Shown here: positions 1-8,745 of the stretch, piece after piece
Position numbering within the stretch: the stretch's first letter is position 1
How the letters are laid out: each line of letters opens with the position of its first letter
Source of the DNA: a virus
IMG/VR virus record: IMGVR_UViG_3300021364_000012
Location: 1-64,000 of that record
DNA length: 64,000 nucleotides
Direction: 5' to 3' (one strand)
Notes under the pieces: model-generated
Seen by the model: the letters and a program-made list of their open reading frames with translations, nothing else
The model's database searches: none
Told to the model about the DNA's origin: nothing
Position numbers and translations under genes: made by a program

Positions 1-178
1 GCCTCAACTCCTGCCTCAGCTCCTGCTTCTGCACCTGCCTCTGCACCTGCCTCAGCACCTGCCTCTGCACCTGCCTCAGCACCTGCCTCAGCACCTGCCT
101 CAGCTCCTCCTTCTGCTCCCCCTTCTGAACCCCCTCCCATACCTGCTTCCATACCTGCTTCCGCTCCGGCTTCCGAAC
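1..178. repeat. Imperfect 12-bp coding tandem repeat (gcacctgcctca-like) encoding EAGA units
   Basis: Directly visible; in frame with the lipoprotein. Confidence 0.9.
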
Positions 179-254
179 CCCCAACTACAGGCTTGGGTTG
201 ATCTTCTCCGCAAGAAATAATGAAAAGCAGTGATACAAGTAAGAATAGTCTCAT
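1..254 (-). CDS. Lipoprotein with (EAGA)n low-complexity linker; 3' end runs off the window (not in the ORF track)
   Basis: Manual translation from ATG at 254: MRLFLLVSLLFIISCGEDQPKPVVGGSEAGAEAGMEAG...; hydrophobic signal ending in lipobox IISC; SD GAGGAG upstream. Confidence 0.75.
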   Translation of the reverse strand, partial: MRLFLLVSLLFIISCGEDQPKPVVGGSEAGAEAGMEAGMGGGSEGGAEGGAEAGAEAGAEAGAEAGAEAGAEAGAEAGAEAGVE

Positions 255-331
255 GGTAAGTCTCCTCTATTTAAATTTAATTTTAAGGCTAAAAAAGAAT
301 TCAACCTTAGCCCATATAAAAAAACAATAAC

Positions 332-913
332 TTACACTCTTCTAGTTTTTCTTTCTATCATTTTCGCTATGACAGGAATAGAACGCATCTGCCCTTTTTT
401 TATACCATTCTCGATAAAATTGTATTTGTTTATGGAAGGGTGTACCCAAGCGTTTTTGGTCTTTAAAGGCACATTCCTAAACACCATTTTCCCTGTTTTC
501 TTATCTTTGATGGGTATGGTTTGCCTTTTACCTCGACTATTTTTAAGTCCAGTCAACCACTGCATCTCTACCTCTCCACGCTCTTTGAGATACCGTCCCA
601 CCCATAGCCAATCTGAGTGGAGATATAGTCTTAAAACACCTTTAGAATCGTTTTTAATCTCATAGAAAAAAGAATCTTTAAACTGATTATTTCTAGGGAC
701 GCCCGACCCAAATTTTGCGACCTTATCTATTTCTTCTCTTATGCCCATGAGGATATAGTCACCTATAACCTTAAGCACATCCTCCGTAAAAACATTATTA
801 TTCGCAGTGGAAATAATTGAGTTGTTGCTATTTCTGAAAGAAGCTTTAGGTCTAATCTTTTTGATAAATACAAACTTACCATCCGTTCTTCTCTGACTAC
901 GACCTTGAGACAT
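332..913 (-). CDS. Putative neck/tail-completion protein (basic)
   Basis: 193 aa ORF at the end of the late operon downstream of head-completion-like genes; assignment by context only. Confidence 0.4.
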   Translation of the reverse strand: MSQGRSQRRTDGKFVFIKKIRPKASFRNSNNSIISTANNNVFTEDVLKVIGDYILMGIREEIDKVAKFGSGVPRNNQFKDSFFYEIKNDSKGVLRLYLHSDWLWVGRYLKERGEVEMQWLTGLKNSRGKRQTIPIKDKKTGKMVFRNVPLKTKNAWVHPSINKYNFIENGIKKGQMRSIPVIAKMIERKTRRV

Positions 914-924
914 GACTCAGCTCC

Positions 925-2286
925 TTATGAGTTGTGGTTCTCCCATGTTGCGGTTCTACCGCTAACTTCAAACTGATTGGGCTTGTCTGCTCGATCAGTT
1001 TCCATAGGGTACGCATTGTCTGAACTTAAAGAGTAAGGAGCATCAGACCTCGCATCATATGTCTCTCTGATATGCCAACGAGAGTATCGAGTCTGAGGCC
1101 AGCTTACGGGGACTCCAAAAATCGGAACTTTATAGCGTATGTCACCTTGGTCAAGGTAAGCAATATTAAACGCCTGATGTAATATATTTCCTCGGTTAGA
1201 AGAGTAAGTGATCGCACCGATTGAGAAGCGTTCGTTGTTCAGTTTAACAATAAAATCTTTCTGAGCAACAATAGGACTAGGACCTATCCACACACCGTAG
1301 TTGTGCTCTTTCCTACGCCCTCTTTCTTCTTGAGAAATACGCTTCTCACCTTCGTCTGGACCAACTATTATGTCATAAGGTCCGTCATAACCTCCCTTGA
1401 TGCCTGTCCCAAAACAGACCATACAAAGAGAGTCAGGTTGTTTGGCATATTCTAAAGTCTCTCTATTAAAGGAGACACACCCACAAGGCTCACCGTTTAG
1501 CCTCCTATTAAAAAGCTTAACTCGTTCTCCACCTTGCTCTAGTATCCAATTATTTCTTCGGATACCTTCTCTCCACATATAGTCTATACGCTCTATTTCT
1601 CTATCTGAGAAAGGAGGACAAAACTCTAATGGGGTTTCATATAAAGAACCTGTTAGTGGGTCTTCTGCAACGGTAGAAACACGATAATAATCTCTACGGT
1701 CTATGCCTGTATTTACTTTTCTATCAGAAAAGTAAGCCACATAAGAAATAAGCACCTCATCCCCTTCTCTAATTAGAGGAGGATAGGACTCAACCCTAAG
1801 ATTCTTAGGGTCTTCTGCGTGGTACTCTGCTAAAGAGACTTCTCCCGTCTGACCAAAAACGGACATTACAGGCACAACGATACCATTGACTGTAACTACA
1901 ACGTCTTTTGGAGAGGTCGAGGCTTCCCCCACAACAGAAACACTAGAAATAGAATACTTTGTCTTAAAACGATACGGTCTTTCTCCTTGGTTCCCAAAAG
2001 AAATCCAAGTGTCTACGACTTCATCATGTATCGTCTCAGTACACTCACCATCTCGATAGAAAGTCCCACCGACAGGACTCAGATTTACTCTCCGATATGG
2101 TCCAACATCAGAGGACTGTGAACGATATATATTCACGCCTCTAACGAGCCAACCCTCATTCTCATGTCGAGAAGAAGGGTTGTCCCAACGAAGGTCTATT
2201 AGACCTTTAATGAAGGGAGAAGTAGCACTAGCTGAAGTGGGCGGTAAAGGATATGGACTCCTTGAAGAATACCAACCTGCTGTCAT
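925..2286 (-). CDS. Putative head-completion/neck protein with N-terminal FN3/Ig-like domains
   Basis: FN3-like start (IDLRWDNP...GVNIYRS), Cys cluster (PCGC...CMVCFGTG..GGY), and a module shared with the sheath. Confidence 0.5.
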   Translation of the reverse strand: MTAGWYSSRSPYPLPPTSASATSPFIKGLIDLRWDNPSSRHENEGWLVRGVNIYRSQSSDVGPYRRVNLSPVGGTFYRDGECTETIHDEVVDTWISFGNQGERPYRFKTKYSISSVSVVGEASTSPKDVVVTVNGIVVPVMSVFGQTGEVSLAEYHAEDPKNLRVESYPPLIREGDEVLISYVAYFSDRKVNTGIDRRDYYRVSTVAEDPLTGSLYETPLEFCPPFSDREIERIDYMWREGIRRNNWILEQGGERVKLFNRRLNGEPCGCVSFNRETLEYAKQPDSLCMVCFGTGIKGGYDGPYDIIVGPDEGEKRISQEERGRRKEHNYGVWIGPSPIVAQKDFIVKLNNERFSIGAITYSSNRGNILHQAFNIAYLDQGDIRYKVPIFGVPVSWPQTRYSRWHIRETYDARSDAPYSLSSDNAYPMETDRADKPNQFEVSGRTATWENHNS

Positions 2287-2304
2287 ACTACCTCTCTTTC
2301 ATTC

Positions 2305-2628
2305 TTAGCCCTCTTCGCTAACTGCGTCCTCTGATGAATTCTCCTCTGAAGGAGCTTCCTCTGAAGTTTGCATGACGAAGATAGAGCCATCCTCACGGAT
2401 TTGCCAAGGAGTGTCACCTGAAACTCCAACTCGCTCTCTAGCAGAGTTAAGAAGAGCTTGAGCAGACTCCTCATTTGCGTTCAAATCTGCAACAAGTCGT
2501 GACTTACGAAGCTCAAGTGTTCCAAGTTGCTGAATCATCTGACTTGCAACATTACGGACACGGGTGAACTCTGCAAGCTCTTCCTCGTTAAGACTACCTA
2601 CTTGTACGGGCTGTGTGTTGACGCTCAT
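2305..2628 (-). CDS. Hypothetical coiled-coil protein with acidic tail
   Basis: 107 aa ORF with SD GGAGG, packed within the operon. Confidence 0.65.
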   Translation of the reverse strand: MSVNTQPVQVGSLNEEELAEFTRVRNVASQMIQQLGTLELRKSRLVADLNANEESAQALLNSARERVGVSGDTPWQIREDGSIFVMQTSEEAPSEENSSEDAVSEEG

Positions 2629-2926
2629 TTGTCATATCCTCCAAGAGAGATTCTATTTCTCTGCATTTTTCTAAGTTTTCTGTCGCTTTGACAACAAGAC
2701 CTTTAGTCCGAATAACACTCGGACTGTCAAGTTGTACCGAACGAGGAAGACTTTTAAACACTTTTAATTGAGTGTCAAGCTCTCTTTTTTCGTCTAAACC
2801 AACCTCAGCAGAATCCACAGTCTCTTGTACTTCAACTCTTAAGTTACTTTGTTCACCTTGAGAAGGTATGGCAGACAACGCCACCATAGAGAATAAAACT
2901 ATGAAAATATAAGAAAGAGTCTTCAT
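2594..2926 (-). CDS. Hypothetical exported or membrane-anchored protein
   Basis: N-terminal signal-like MKTLSYIFIVLFSMVALSA. Confidence 0.6.
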   Translation of the reverse strand: MKTLSYIFIVLFSMVALSAIPSQGEQSNLRVEVQETVDSAEVGLDEKRELDTQLKVFKSLPRSVQLDSPSVIRTKGLVVKATENLEKCREIESLLEDMTNERQHTARTSR

Positions 2927-2934
2927 GTCTCAGC

Positions 2935-3297
2935 TCACCTTCTATTTTGAAAAAAGTTTAAAAGTTGGTTGTAGATTTTGACAAGAGACTCTTGAGTGTC
3001 GGATAAGTCTTTCTCAATCTTCTCCTGCGATTTCTCAATGTACTTAAAGTCACTGATCTTACTCTTATTAGAATTTATAGAAGAACTATTTGATTCTACT
3101 GACTTCTTGATTTCAGCCAAGTCACCATTCAAATCAGAAATAGAGTCTTTGATTATCGCTATATCTACCGAAATAGTATAAGCCCAAATCAACACAGGCA
3201 ACATCATCGCTGAAAGAGCTTTAAAAAATAAATCTAAGAGCTTCCTTTGGACTCTCTCTTCTTGCTTCATTTCATCGTGGTTTGAATCTTCAGACAT
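2935..3297 (-). CDS. Single-TM coiled-coil protein (possible lysis accessory)
   Basis: TM segment ALSAMMLPVLIWAYTI followed by heptad repeats. Confidence 0.55.
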   Translation of the reverse strand: MSEDSNHDEMKQEERVQRKLLDLFFKALSAMMLPVLIWAYTISVDIAIIKDSISDLNGDLAEIKKSVESNSSSINSNKSKISDFKYIEKSQEKIEKDLSDTQESLVKIYNQLLNFFQNRR

Positions 3298-3306
3298 AAT
3301 ATGCTC

Positions 3307-4203
3307 CTACAAGAAATTACGAGGAGAAAGAACCCCCCTACCAACATGAGGTCCAAACGCACTTCTAATACCAATGCCATACTTAGGTTGACTTAAACCA
3401 CGCATAAACTTAGTAGTCCTCGCTTTTGCTTCTACGCTTTGGCTCCACATTTGTTCTGCACTAGATTTTAAACCTTCGTACTTGCTCGATCTGTCAATGT
3501 TCAGACTGATACCACCAATACTATAGTCGAACTCATCTACAATCCAATTCGCTTGTAGTGCCATAGCTGCAAACTGTATTGCACCCTGTAGGATTGGAGT
3601 CCTCCAAGCAGGTTTCCGATCTACAAGGTTTTGTATTGAGCTTAAGTTTTCAGTTTCAGGTGGTTGCATGTTCCACCAATCTAACGCTCTTTCAAGGTAC
3701 TCTAAGAATTCAGCGTCTTCCCAAACCTGACCAAAAACACGATTATAAGCTCCAATGTTAGCTTCATGTTCGGGTGGTCTAAAGTGATAGTACTTGTCAG
3801 GGTTTTGATCTCTCAGAAGAAGACGAAGTTTATCTACCATGTCTTTCTCTGCTCGATTTAAAGAAATACCAAAAGAAGCATTCTCTGGTATAATCTGAAA
3901 CTCTTGCACCACAGTTTGAACGGGACTGTTAACTAGCTCTTTCAAAGACCAACGAATTCTGTATGTACCGTAAGAAGCTGTGGGAGGAATTCTTACGGAA
4001 GCATAATACTCACCCACACTTGGGTTCTCAGGAACCCTAGCAGGGTCTCCTATCAGGACATCAGCTTCAGGAGGTCCGGGGTCTACGAAATAAAGAGCAT
4101 ACGTTATTTCAGACGCATTAGAAACATTCCCACTACTGTTAGTTAGAAATATATCTAAATCACCTCTCCCGAGAGTCTGACTTCGCTTAAATAATACTGC
4201 CAT
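3307..4203 (-). CDS. Putative head-tail adaptor/neck protein
   Basis: Ig-like N-domain, then 'LRLLLRD...FDYSIGGISLNIDRSSKY', resembling adaptor proteins; late operon context. Confidence 0.5.
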   Translation of the reverse strand: MAVLFKRSQTLGRGDLDIFLTNSSGNVSNASEITYALYFVDPGPPEADVLIGDPARVPENPSVGEYYASVRIPPTASYGTYRIRWSLKELVNSPVQTVVQEFQIIPENASFGISLNRAEKDMVDKLRLLLRDQNPDKYYHFRPPEHEANIGAYNRVFGQVWEDAEFLEYLERALDWWNMQPPETENLSSIQNLVDRKPAWRTPILQGAIQFAAMALQANWIVDEFDYSIGGISLNIDRSSKYEGLKSSAEQMWSQSVEAKARTTKFMRGLSQPKYGIGIRSAFGPHVGRGVLSPRNFL

Positions 4204-4212
4204 CTTGAACTC

Positions 4213-5163
4213 TCAGTAGATTACGTCTTTTATTTCAAAGCCACCCTCTTCATCGAAGAAAGAAAACTCTTTCACTTCAAAAGAACAAACGGGGCTTTCA
4301 ATGTCTGAATTAATGTCAACGCCTAAGAAGCTCGCTTCTTCTGGGATGATGTACAAGACCATCTTTTTATTTTTAAGGTCTAAAAGTATCTGTGAGCTAG
4401 TGTACATGTTGTCGGTCTTACGGACAACATTGAACGGACTATCTAAATCTACATATTTCTGCGAATACAAAGAGGGGGCTATTTCTTCTATTTTAAGATT
4501 GGGCAAAGTATCAAGCGTGATCTGCATCCTACGCTTACTACTCTCTGCATTCTCTCCCAAGGTATATCCAGCATCAGGATACTTCGACCCATGATTACTA
4601 CGAACTAAGATTTCATCTTGAGCTATTTCTTGAAAATAAGGTGCGTGTTTCGCAGTGTGCTCAAGAGAAAAAGCACGAAGCCCATCTGAAACAATAGTAT
4701 GTCCTCTAATACCACCTTCAAAAGACACTAGCTCTTCCATCGCTTCTTCAAGCGTCTTACATTCTAAGGCTCTCAGAATTCTTCTAGCGTCTTTAGAGCC
4801 TATTGCACCAAGAACTGCCCCTTCACCTTTTTTCTTACCTGCCTTCCCTTCTTTCTCATCCCAAAGAACCATCAAAGCGGAGTTAACAAGTCCAATACCA
4901 AACTCATTGACACCTTCAACCCAACCAGTGTTTTCGTCTTTCATATAGACAATCTCAACACCTCTTGAAATCGTATGGTAAATCTTAAGTTCAGGAGAGT
5001 AATTTCTATCTCTATTTTTAAAGAGCACTCTATGCCCTTCTGAATTGACGTGTGCTATCACGCAGGCTTTCTTTTGAATGCTGCGGTAAATGTGAGTCTC
5101 TGCCACTTTCAGTCTTGAAAGTTTCTTGCTCGCTATTTTTGTAATTTCACTAGAAATAGCCAT
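4213..5163 (-). CDS. Ntn-hydrolase (C45/acyltransferase-like) with a 33-aa basic propeptide
   Basis: C34-VIAH...LFKNRDR, EGVNEFG, RSNH and SSKRR motifs of Cys-nucleophile Ntn hydrolases. Confidence 0.7.
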   Translation of the reverse strand: MAISSEITKIASKKLSRLKVAETHIYRSIQKKACVIAHVNSEGHRVLFKNRDRNYSPELKIYHTISRGVEIVYMKDENTGWVEGVNEFGIGLVNSALMVLWDEKEGKAGKKKGEGAVLGAIGSKDARRILRALECKTLEEAMEELVSFEGGIRGHTIVSDGLRAFSLEHTAKHAPYFQEIAQDEILVRSNHGSKYPDAGYTLGENAESSKRRMQITLDTLPNLKIEEIAPSLYSQKYVDLDSPFNVVRKTDNMYTSSQILLDLKNKKMVLYIIPEEASFLGVDINSDIESPVCSFEVKEFSFFDEEGGFEIKDVIY

Positions 5164-5193
5164 CGAAGCCTCCTTAATCTAAATATGAGACAA

Positions 5194-5205
5194 ATATAAG
5201 AACTA
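5194..5205 (-). promoter_or_regulatory. Candidate late promoter TAGTTCTTATAT
   Basis: Variant of the recurrent motif, about 30 nt upstream of the Ntn-hydrolase ATG. Confidence 0.5.
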
Positions 5206-5991
5206 CCAATCCAACTTCAAAGAAACTATATTCGTCAGATCGTATTTCTCAACCCCTTTTGGAGGGCGAGAGTCATAATTAAACTTAAACGCATTGGTGA
5301 TATATGTGTTCTTGTGGAATCTATAGTTGAACCCAAGCTCTGAGAGTATTCTAAAGTCTCTAAAATCTGAAACCTTTGGCTGATAGTATGCAATGAAAGA
5401 ATACGAAGAGTGGTCTGCCACAATATTTCTAATAGAAGCATAGTTTGTTAGCCTAAAAACAAAGCCCTCACCTCTCTCAGAAATAAGGGACTCATATTCA
5501 ACCATACCCCCAACACCGAAAGCGAGTACGTCTGAAATCGGAATCTTAACTGTACTCTCATCTCTCTCTTCATACCTTAAACCAAAACCTAAGAGTTGGC
5601 GTAGTTTAAGATCGCTAAACCTATCACTCTGATATTGAGTGAACCCCTCTACACCCAAAAAAGATTCATACCTGTCTACAAGAACACCCAAGTCATCATA
5701 GAACATGTAAGTATTTCTAACATGTGCAAACTTAGCGTCTTTATAGTCTGAATCATTACTTTGACCGTAATCATAACCACCCATAATGAAAAAATGATTA
5801 GATTGTGTGTTGTGGTCTAGTCTCAAAGAAGAACTCAAATCAAAGACATTGTTGTTCCCTCTTTTAAACTGAGAGCCTAAAGAAAGAGTGGTCAAAAAAC
5901 CTTTCTTTGAAGCTCTCATACTCTCAATATTAACTTGAGAGTACGAGACAAAAGGAAGAAGCAATAAACTCAGAAAGATCAACCGCACCAT
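5203..5991 (-). CDS. Outer-membrane beta-barrel protein, DUF481/YdiY-like
   Basis: Signal peptide plus 'QVNIE', amphipathic beta strands, 'YYQP..SDF.D.R', 'YDSRPP.GV.KYD', C-terminal Trp. Confidence 0.75.
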   Translation of the reverse strand: MVRLIFLSLLLLPFVSYSQVNIESMRASKKGFLTTLSLGSQFKRGNNNVFDLSSSLRLDHNTQSNHFFIMGGYDYGQSNDSDYKDAKFAHVRNTYMFYDDLGVLVDRYESFLGVEGFTQYQSDRFSDLKLRQLLGFGLRYEERDESTVKIPISDVLAFGVGGMVEYESLISERGEGFVFRLTNYASIRNIVADHSSYSFIAYYQPKVSDFRDFRILSELGFNYRFHKNTYITNAFKFNYDSRPPKGVEKYDLTNIVSLKLDW

Positions 5992-6031
5992 AACGAACTC
6001 TTTTCTCTTATTTTTAAAAAGAGAAAAGAAT

Positions 6032-6043
6032 ATAAATAAACTA
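6032..6043 (-). promoter_or_regulatory. Candidate late promoter TAGTTTATTTAT
   Basis: Matches the recurrent motif; followed by a hairpin at 5999-6029. Confidence 0.55.
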
Positions 6044-6307
6044 TATTTCCTCAGATTTGGTCATGTAAGTAAGAGACTTCATAGACCTAATCTCATCCAC
6101 ATAGTTTAAGGCTAATACTCTAGCAGAACGATTGAAGTAACCTTTTTTAAGGTCAGAAATACTATCTGTCTTTCTGAAGACAAATATTACTTTACGACCT
6201 TCACGTTCAGTCCCAAGAAGTTCCACACCTGCAACTTTCAAGTAAGCCGCAAAGTAGAGGTCTGAAGTCTTGTATTTAAGTTCAACTTCTTGGACACCGT
6301 TCAACAT
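6041..6307 (-). CDS. DUF5659-like small phage protein
   Basis: 'YKTSDLYFAAYL...G...FVF' pattern. Confidence 0.6.
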   Translation of the reverse strand: MLNGVQEVELKYKTSDLYFAAYLKVAGVELLGTEREGRKVIFVFRKTDSISDLKKGYFNRSARVLALNYVDEIRSMKSLTYMTKSEEI

Positions 6308-6311
6308 AAGT

Positions 6312-6524
6312 CTATAGCTCTATAAAATCCTGAATTTTCTTCACCCCTTTGTCGTCAGAGGGGATGAGGATAAGCTTATTTTTCTTATCCCACTTTGCTA
6401 TCAAAGGCTTCTTACCCCAAGAAGCTCTTAACTCTGAACCAAGTGAAAAAATAACACGCCCTTCAAAATTCTTCTTCTCTAAGAACGCACTTACAGCTTT
6501 CTTATCTAGCAAAGTGATTTTCAC
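6312..6524 (-). CDS. Hypothetical basic protein
   Basis: 70 aa ORF, SD AAGGAG, packed within the operon. Confidence 0.5.
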   Translation of the reverse strand: MKITLLDKKAVSAFLEKKNFEGRVIFSLGSELRASWGKKPLIAKWDKKNKLILIPSDDKGVKKIQDFIEL

Positions 6525-6534
6525 CCACTACTCC

Positions 6535-7206
6535 TTAAAGTACACTGCCATCTGAACCATATACGACAACTAGAGGATCAAGAGCCTCATTTGTTCTTGG
6601 GTCAACTCTAGCACTCTTAGCTTTTGAAAGAAAGCCCTCAGCGAGAGAGATATGGAAGCTTGAATCTTCATCGTGGATGGGAGCATATACCGTCTCATCA
6701 AAGAGACTAGCTTGGTCAGCCACAGAAATATAGGCATCATCTACGTCCGTTCCTGCTGGCACTGTAAAGTGAGCACCACCAAGAATAGCTAAGATGTTAG
6801 CAGTGGTAGCGGTACTGCTACCTGCACCTAGCTCACCCTCAAGACCGGTATCATCGTTGAAGACACCACCGATAATACCACCTAAGTCTGAAAGGTCTGC
6901 ACCATCTCGCATTTCTGCGATTACTGCATTTGCAAAAGCGGTAGCTTGAGCCACTGTAGGGTTAATCCCTGCACCGTCCACATCAAGCGTCACTAAGAAA
7001 TAAGCAGAAAGACCGCTAACGTCTCTAGTAACAACTAGATTTGAAACAGAAGGTGTCTCATTCTCTACGACTCTAAGGTATCTAGGGCCTTGTGGAGCAG
7101 GGTCAATTACGGCACTCGCTTGAGACTTGTTAGGGAACAAGTCCGACACCATAAGTTGACCATTCTTGATAGATGCGTCTCTAATACAAATTACTGGATT
7201 TGCCAT
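6535..7206 (-). CDS. Putative virion structural protein, paralog 3 of a tandem triplet
   Basis: Shares V[ST]DLFPNK[ST]Q...Q[GS]P.Y and C-terminal PL..VY..DG.L with its neighbours. Confidence 0.65.
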   Translation of the reverse strand: MANPVICIRDASIKNGQLMVSDLFPNKSQASAVIDPAPQGPRYLRVVENETPSVSNLVVTRDVSGLSAYFLVTLDVDGAGINPTVAQATAFANAVIAEMRDGADLSDLGGIIGGVFNDDTGLEGELGAGSSTATTANILAILGGAHFTVPAGTDVDDAYISVADQASLFDETVYAPIHDEDSSFHISLAEGFLSKAKSARVDPRTNEALDPLVVVYGSDGSVL

Positions 7207-7218
7207 TGTTCTCTTCCT

Positions 7219-7932
7219 TTACTGAATGAGGGTTCCGTCATCGGCATAAACAACGACTAAAGGCTCAGGTTCACCTTTAGCGTTCTTACGAGTTTGAGCT
7301 TTTTTGATTTGACCACTCTTAGCAGAAAGAATGAACGTGTTGTCAAAGTTAGTATAGAGCTTACTTGCATCAGAGGGGTCTGAGAAGAAACCAGCTTGGA
7401 CGTTAGGTAGAAGACGATTGAAAGCTCCACCGTCTTCTACATCTTGACCCGCAGGGACTGAATATACTTTGTAGCCACTGACAATCTGAAGAATTTCAAG
7501 AACGGTTGCAGTGGTGTTCCCAAGTGCAATGCCTTGTGCAGGTGGGTTATTTGGAGCACCTGTGCGAGTGCTAATAATAACATTAATGTCATAAGAAGTA
7601 AGAGACAAGCCCTTCTGCATTCTTTCGACAATATCTGAAGCCATCTCATTCGCCATATTCGCAGTAATTGCAATACGACCACCATTTGAATCTTCTACCG
7701 TAGTTAAAAGATAAACAGCCAAACCACTAAAATCTGCCGTAGTAGCGAAATCTGCATTAAGCTCTACTTCTTCTGTCAGAGGAGTGACAGGAGCATGGAA
7801 ATACATAGGACCTTGGAAGTTCGGGGTTAAAACCGCACTATGTTGAGTCTTATTTGGGAACAGATCAGTAACCTGAAGAGCGACACGATCTTCGGTAGAG
7901 TTAAGAACTCTAGGTGTACATAAAAAAGGCAT
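7219..7932 (-). CDS. Putative virion structural protein, paralog 2 of a tandem triplet
   Basis: Same conserved N- and C-terminal motifs. Confidence 0.65.
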   Translation of the reverse strand: MPFLCTPRVLNSTEDRVALQVTDLFPNKTQHSAVLTPNFQGPMYFHAPVTPLTEEVELNADFATTADFSGLAVYLLTTVEDSNGGRIAITANMANEMASDIVERMQKGLSLTSYDINVIISTRTGAPNNPPAQGIALGNTTATVLEILQIVSGYKVYSVPAGQDVEDGGAFNRLLPNVQAGFFSDPSDASKLYTNFDNTFILSAKSGQIKKAQTRKNAKGEPEPLVVVYADDGTLIQ

Positions 7933-7950
7933 AGCATTAACTCCTATTTC

Positions 7951-8670
7951 TTAGTTTTGTAAAGAGCCATCTACTTCGTAGACAGAAAGAAGAGGTTGTG
8001 TGGAACGAACTCCAGCAAAGAGATCGCCCTCTTGACTATCTACAACTGTGGTCAACCCTTTAAGGACGCCATCTCTCAAAGAAATCTGCCAAGAGTCGTC
8101 ACCAGGAATAAGGTGTTTTTGATCGCCTTTGAATCCAAGACGATAATTTACGTCTGGAATAAAAACATTAGCTTCCTCAACCTTGGTGTTTGCAGAAACC
8201 TCGTAGGTTTCTCCCGAAAGGATTCTTAGGATGTCTTCCACTCTAGCGACAGAAAGACTCCCCCCTGCCCCATCATCAAGAACAGTACCTGCGTTATTTG
8301 TAGCGATAGCTAAAATAGCGTTGATTTCAGCCTCTCCAAGGTCTCCTGCACCATACACTTCGTCAAGAATTAGATTTGCCGCTGTCAGTGCTTCACTGCG
8401 TGAAAGTGAACCATTATCGCCGTGTTGAACATTCTTAATCAGAAAAGGCACAAGACCTTGTGCTCTAAATCTAATTACAGAAGTCCCTGCTACAGGAACG
8501 GAAAGCTCTACCTTTGCACCGATAAGAGGTGTTTTAATGTAGAGTGGACTCTGACCTTGTGGGTCAATAGTTGGGTTCGCTTGGCTTTTGTTTGGGAACA
8601 AGTCTGTTACCATCAAAGAGCCATTTTGAATTTCTTTTCTTCTTGCTACAAGATAAACTTGAGTAGGCAT
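7951..8670 (-). CDS. Putative virion structural protein, paralog 1 of a tandem triplet
   Basis: Same conserved N- and C-terminal motifs; SD AAGGAG. Confidence 0.65.
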   Translation of the reverse strand: MPTQVYLVARRKEIQNGSLMVTDLFPNKSQANPTIDPQGQSPLYIKTPLIGAKVELSVPVAGTSVIRFRAQGLVPFLIKNVQHGDNGSLSRSEALTAANLILDEVYGAGDLGEAEINAILAIATNNAGTVLDDGAGGSLSVARVEDILRILSGETYEVSANTKVEEANVFIPDVNYRLGFKGDQKHLIPGDDSWQISLRDGVLKGLTTVVDSQEGDLFAGVRSTQPLLSVYEVDGSLQN

Positions 8671-8733
8671 GAGCTGATCTCCTTCTTTCAGATTCAGAGG
8701 TGCAGATTATTTTTTCACAAAACAGAGCTGACC

Positions 8734-8745
8734 ATAAAAAAACTA
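8734..8745 (-). promoter_or_regulatory. Candidate late promoter TAGTTTTTTTAT
   Basis: Exact motif match upstream of the paralog triplet. Confidence 0.55.

Noticed and set aside
1-178. CRISPR array or non-coding repeat
   Set aside because: Contiguous 12-bp units with third-position variation and no spacers; coding repeat of the lipoprotein
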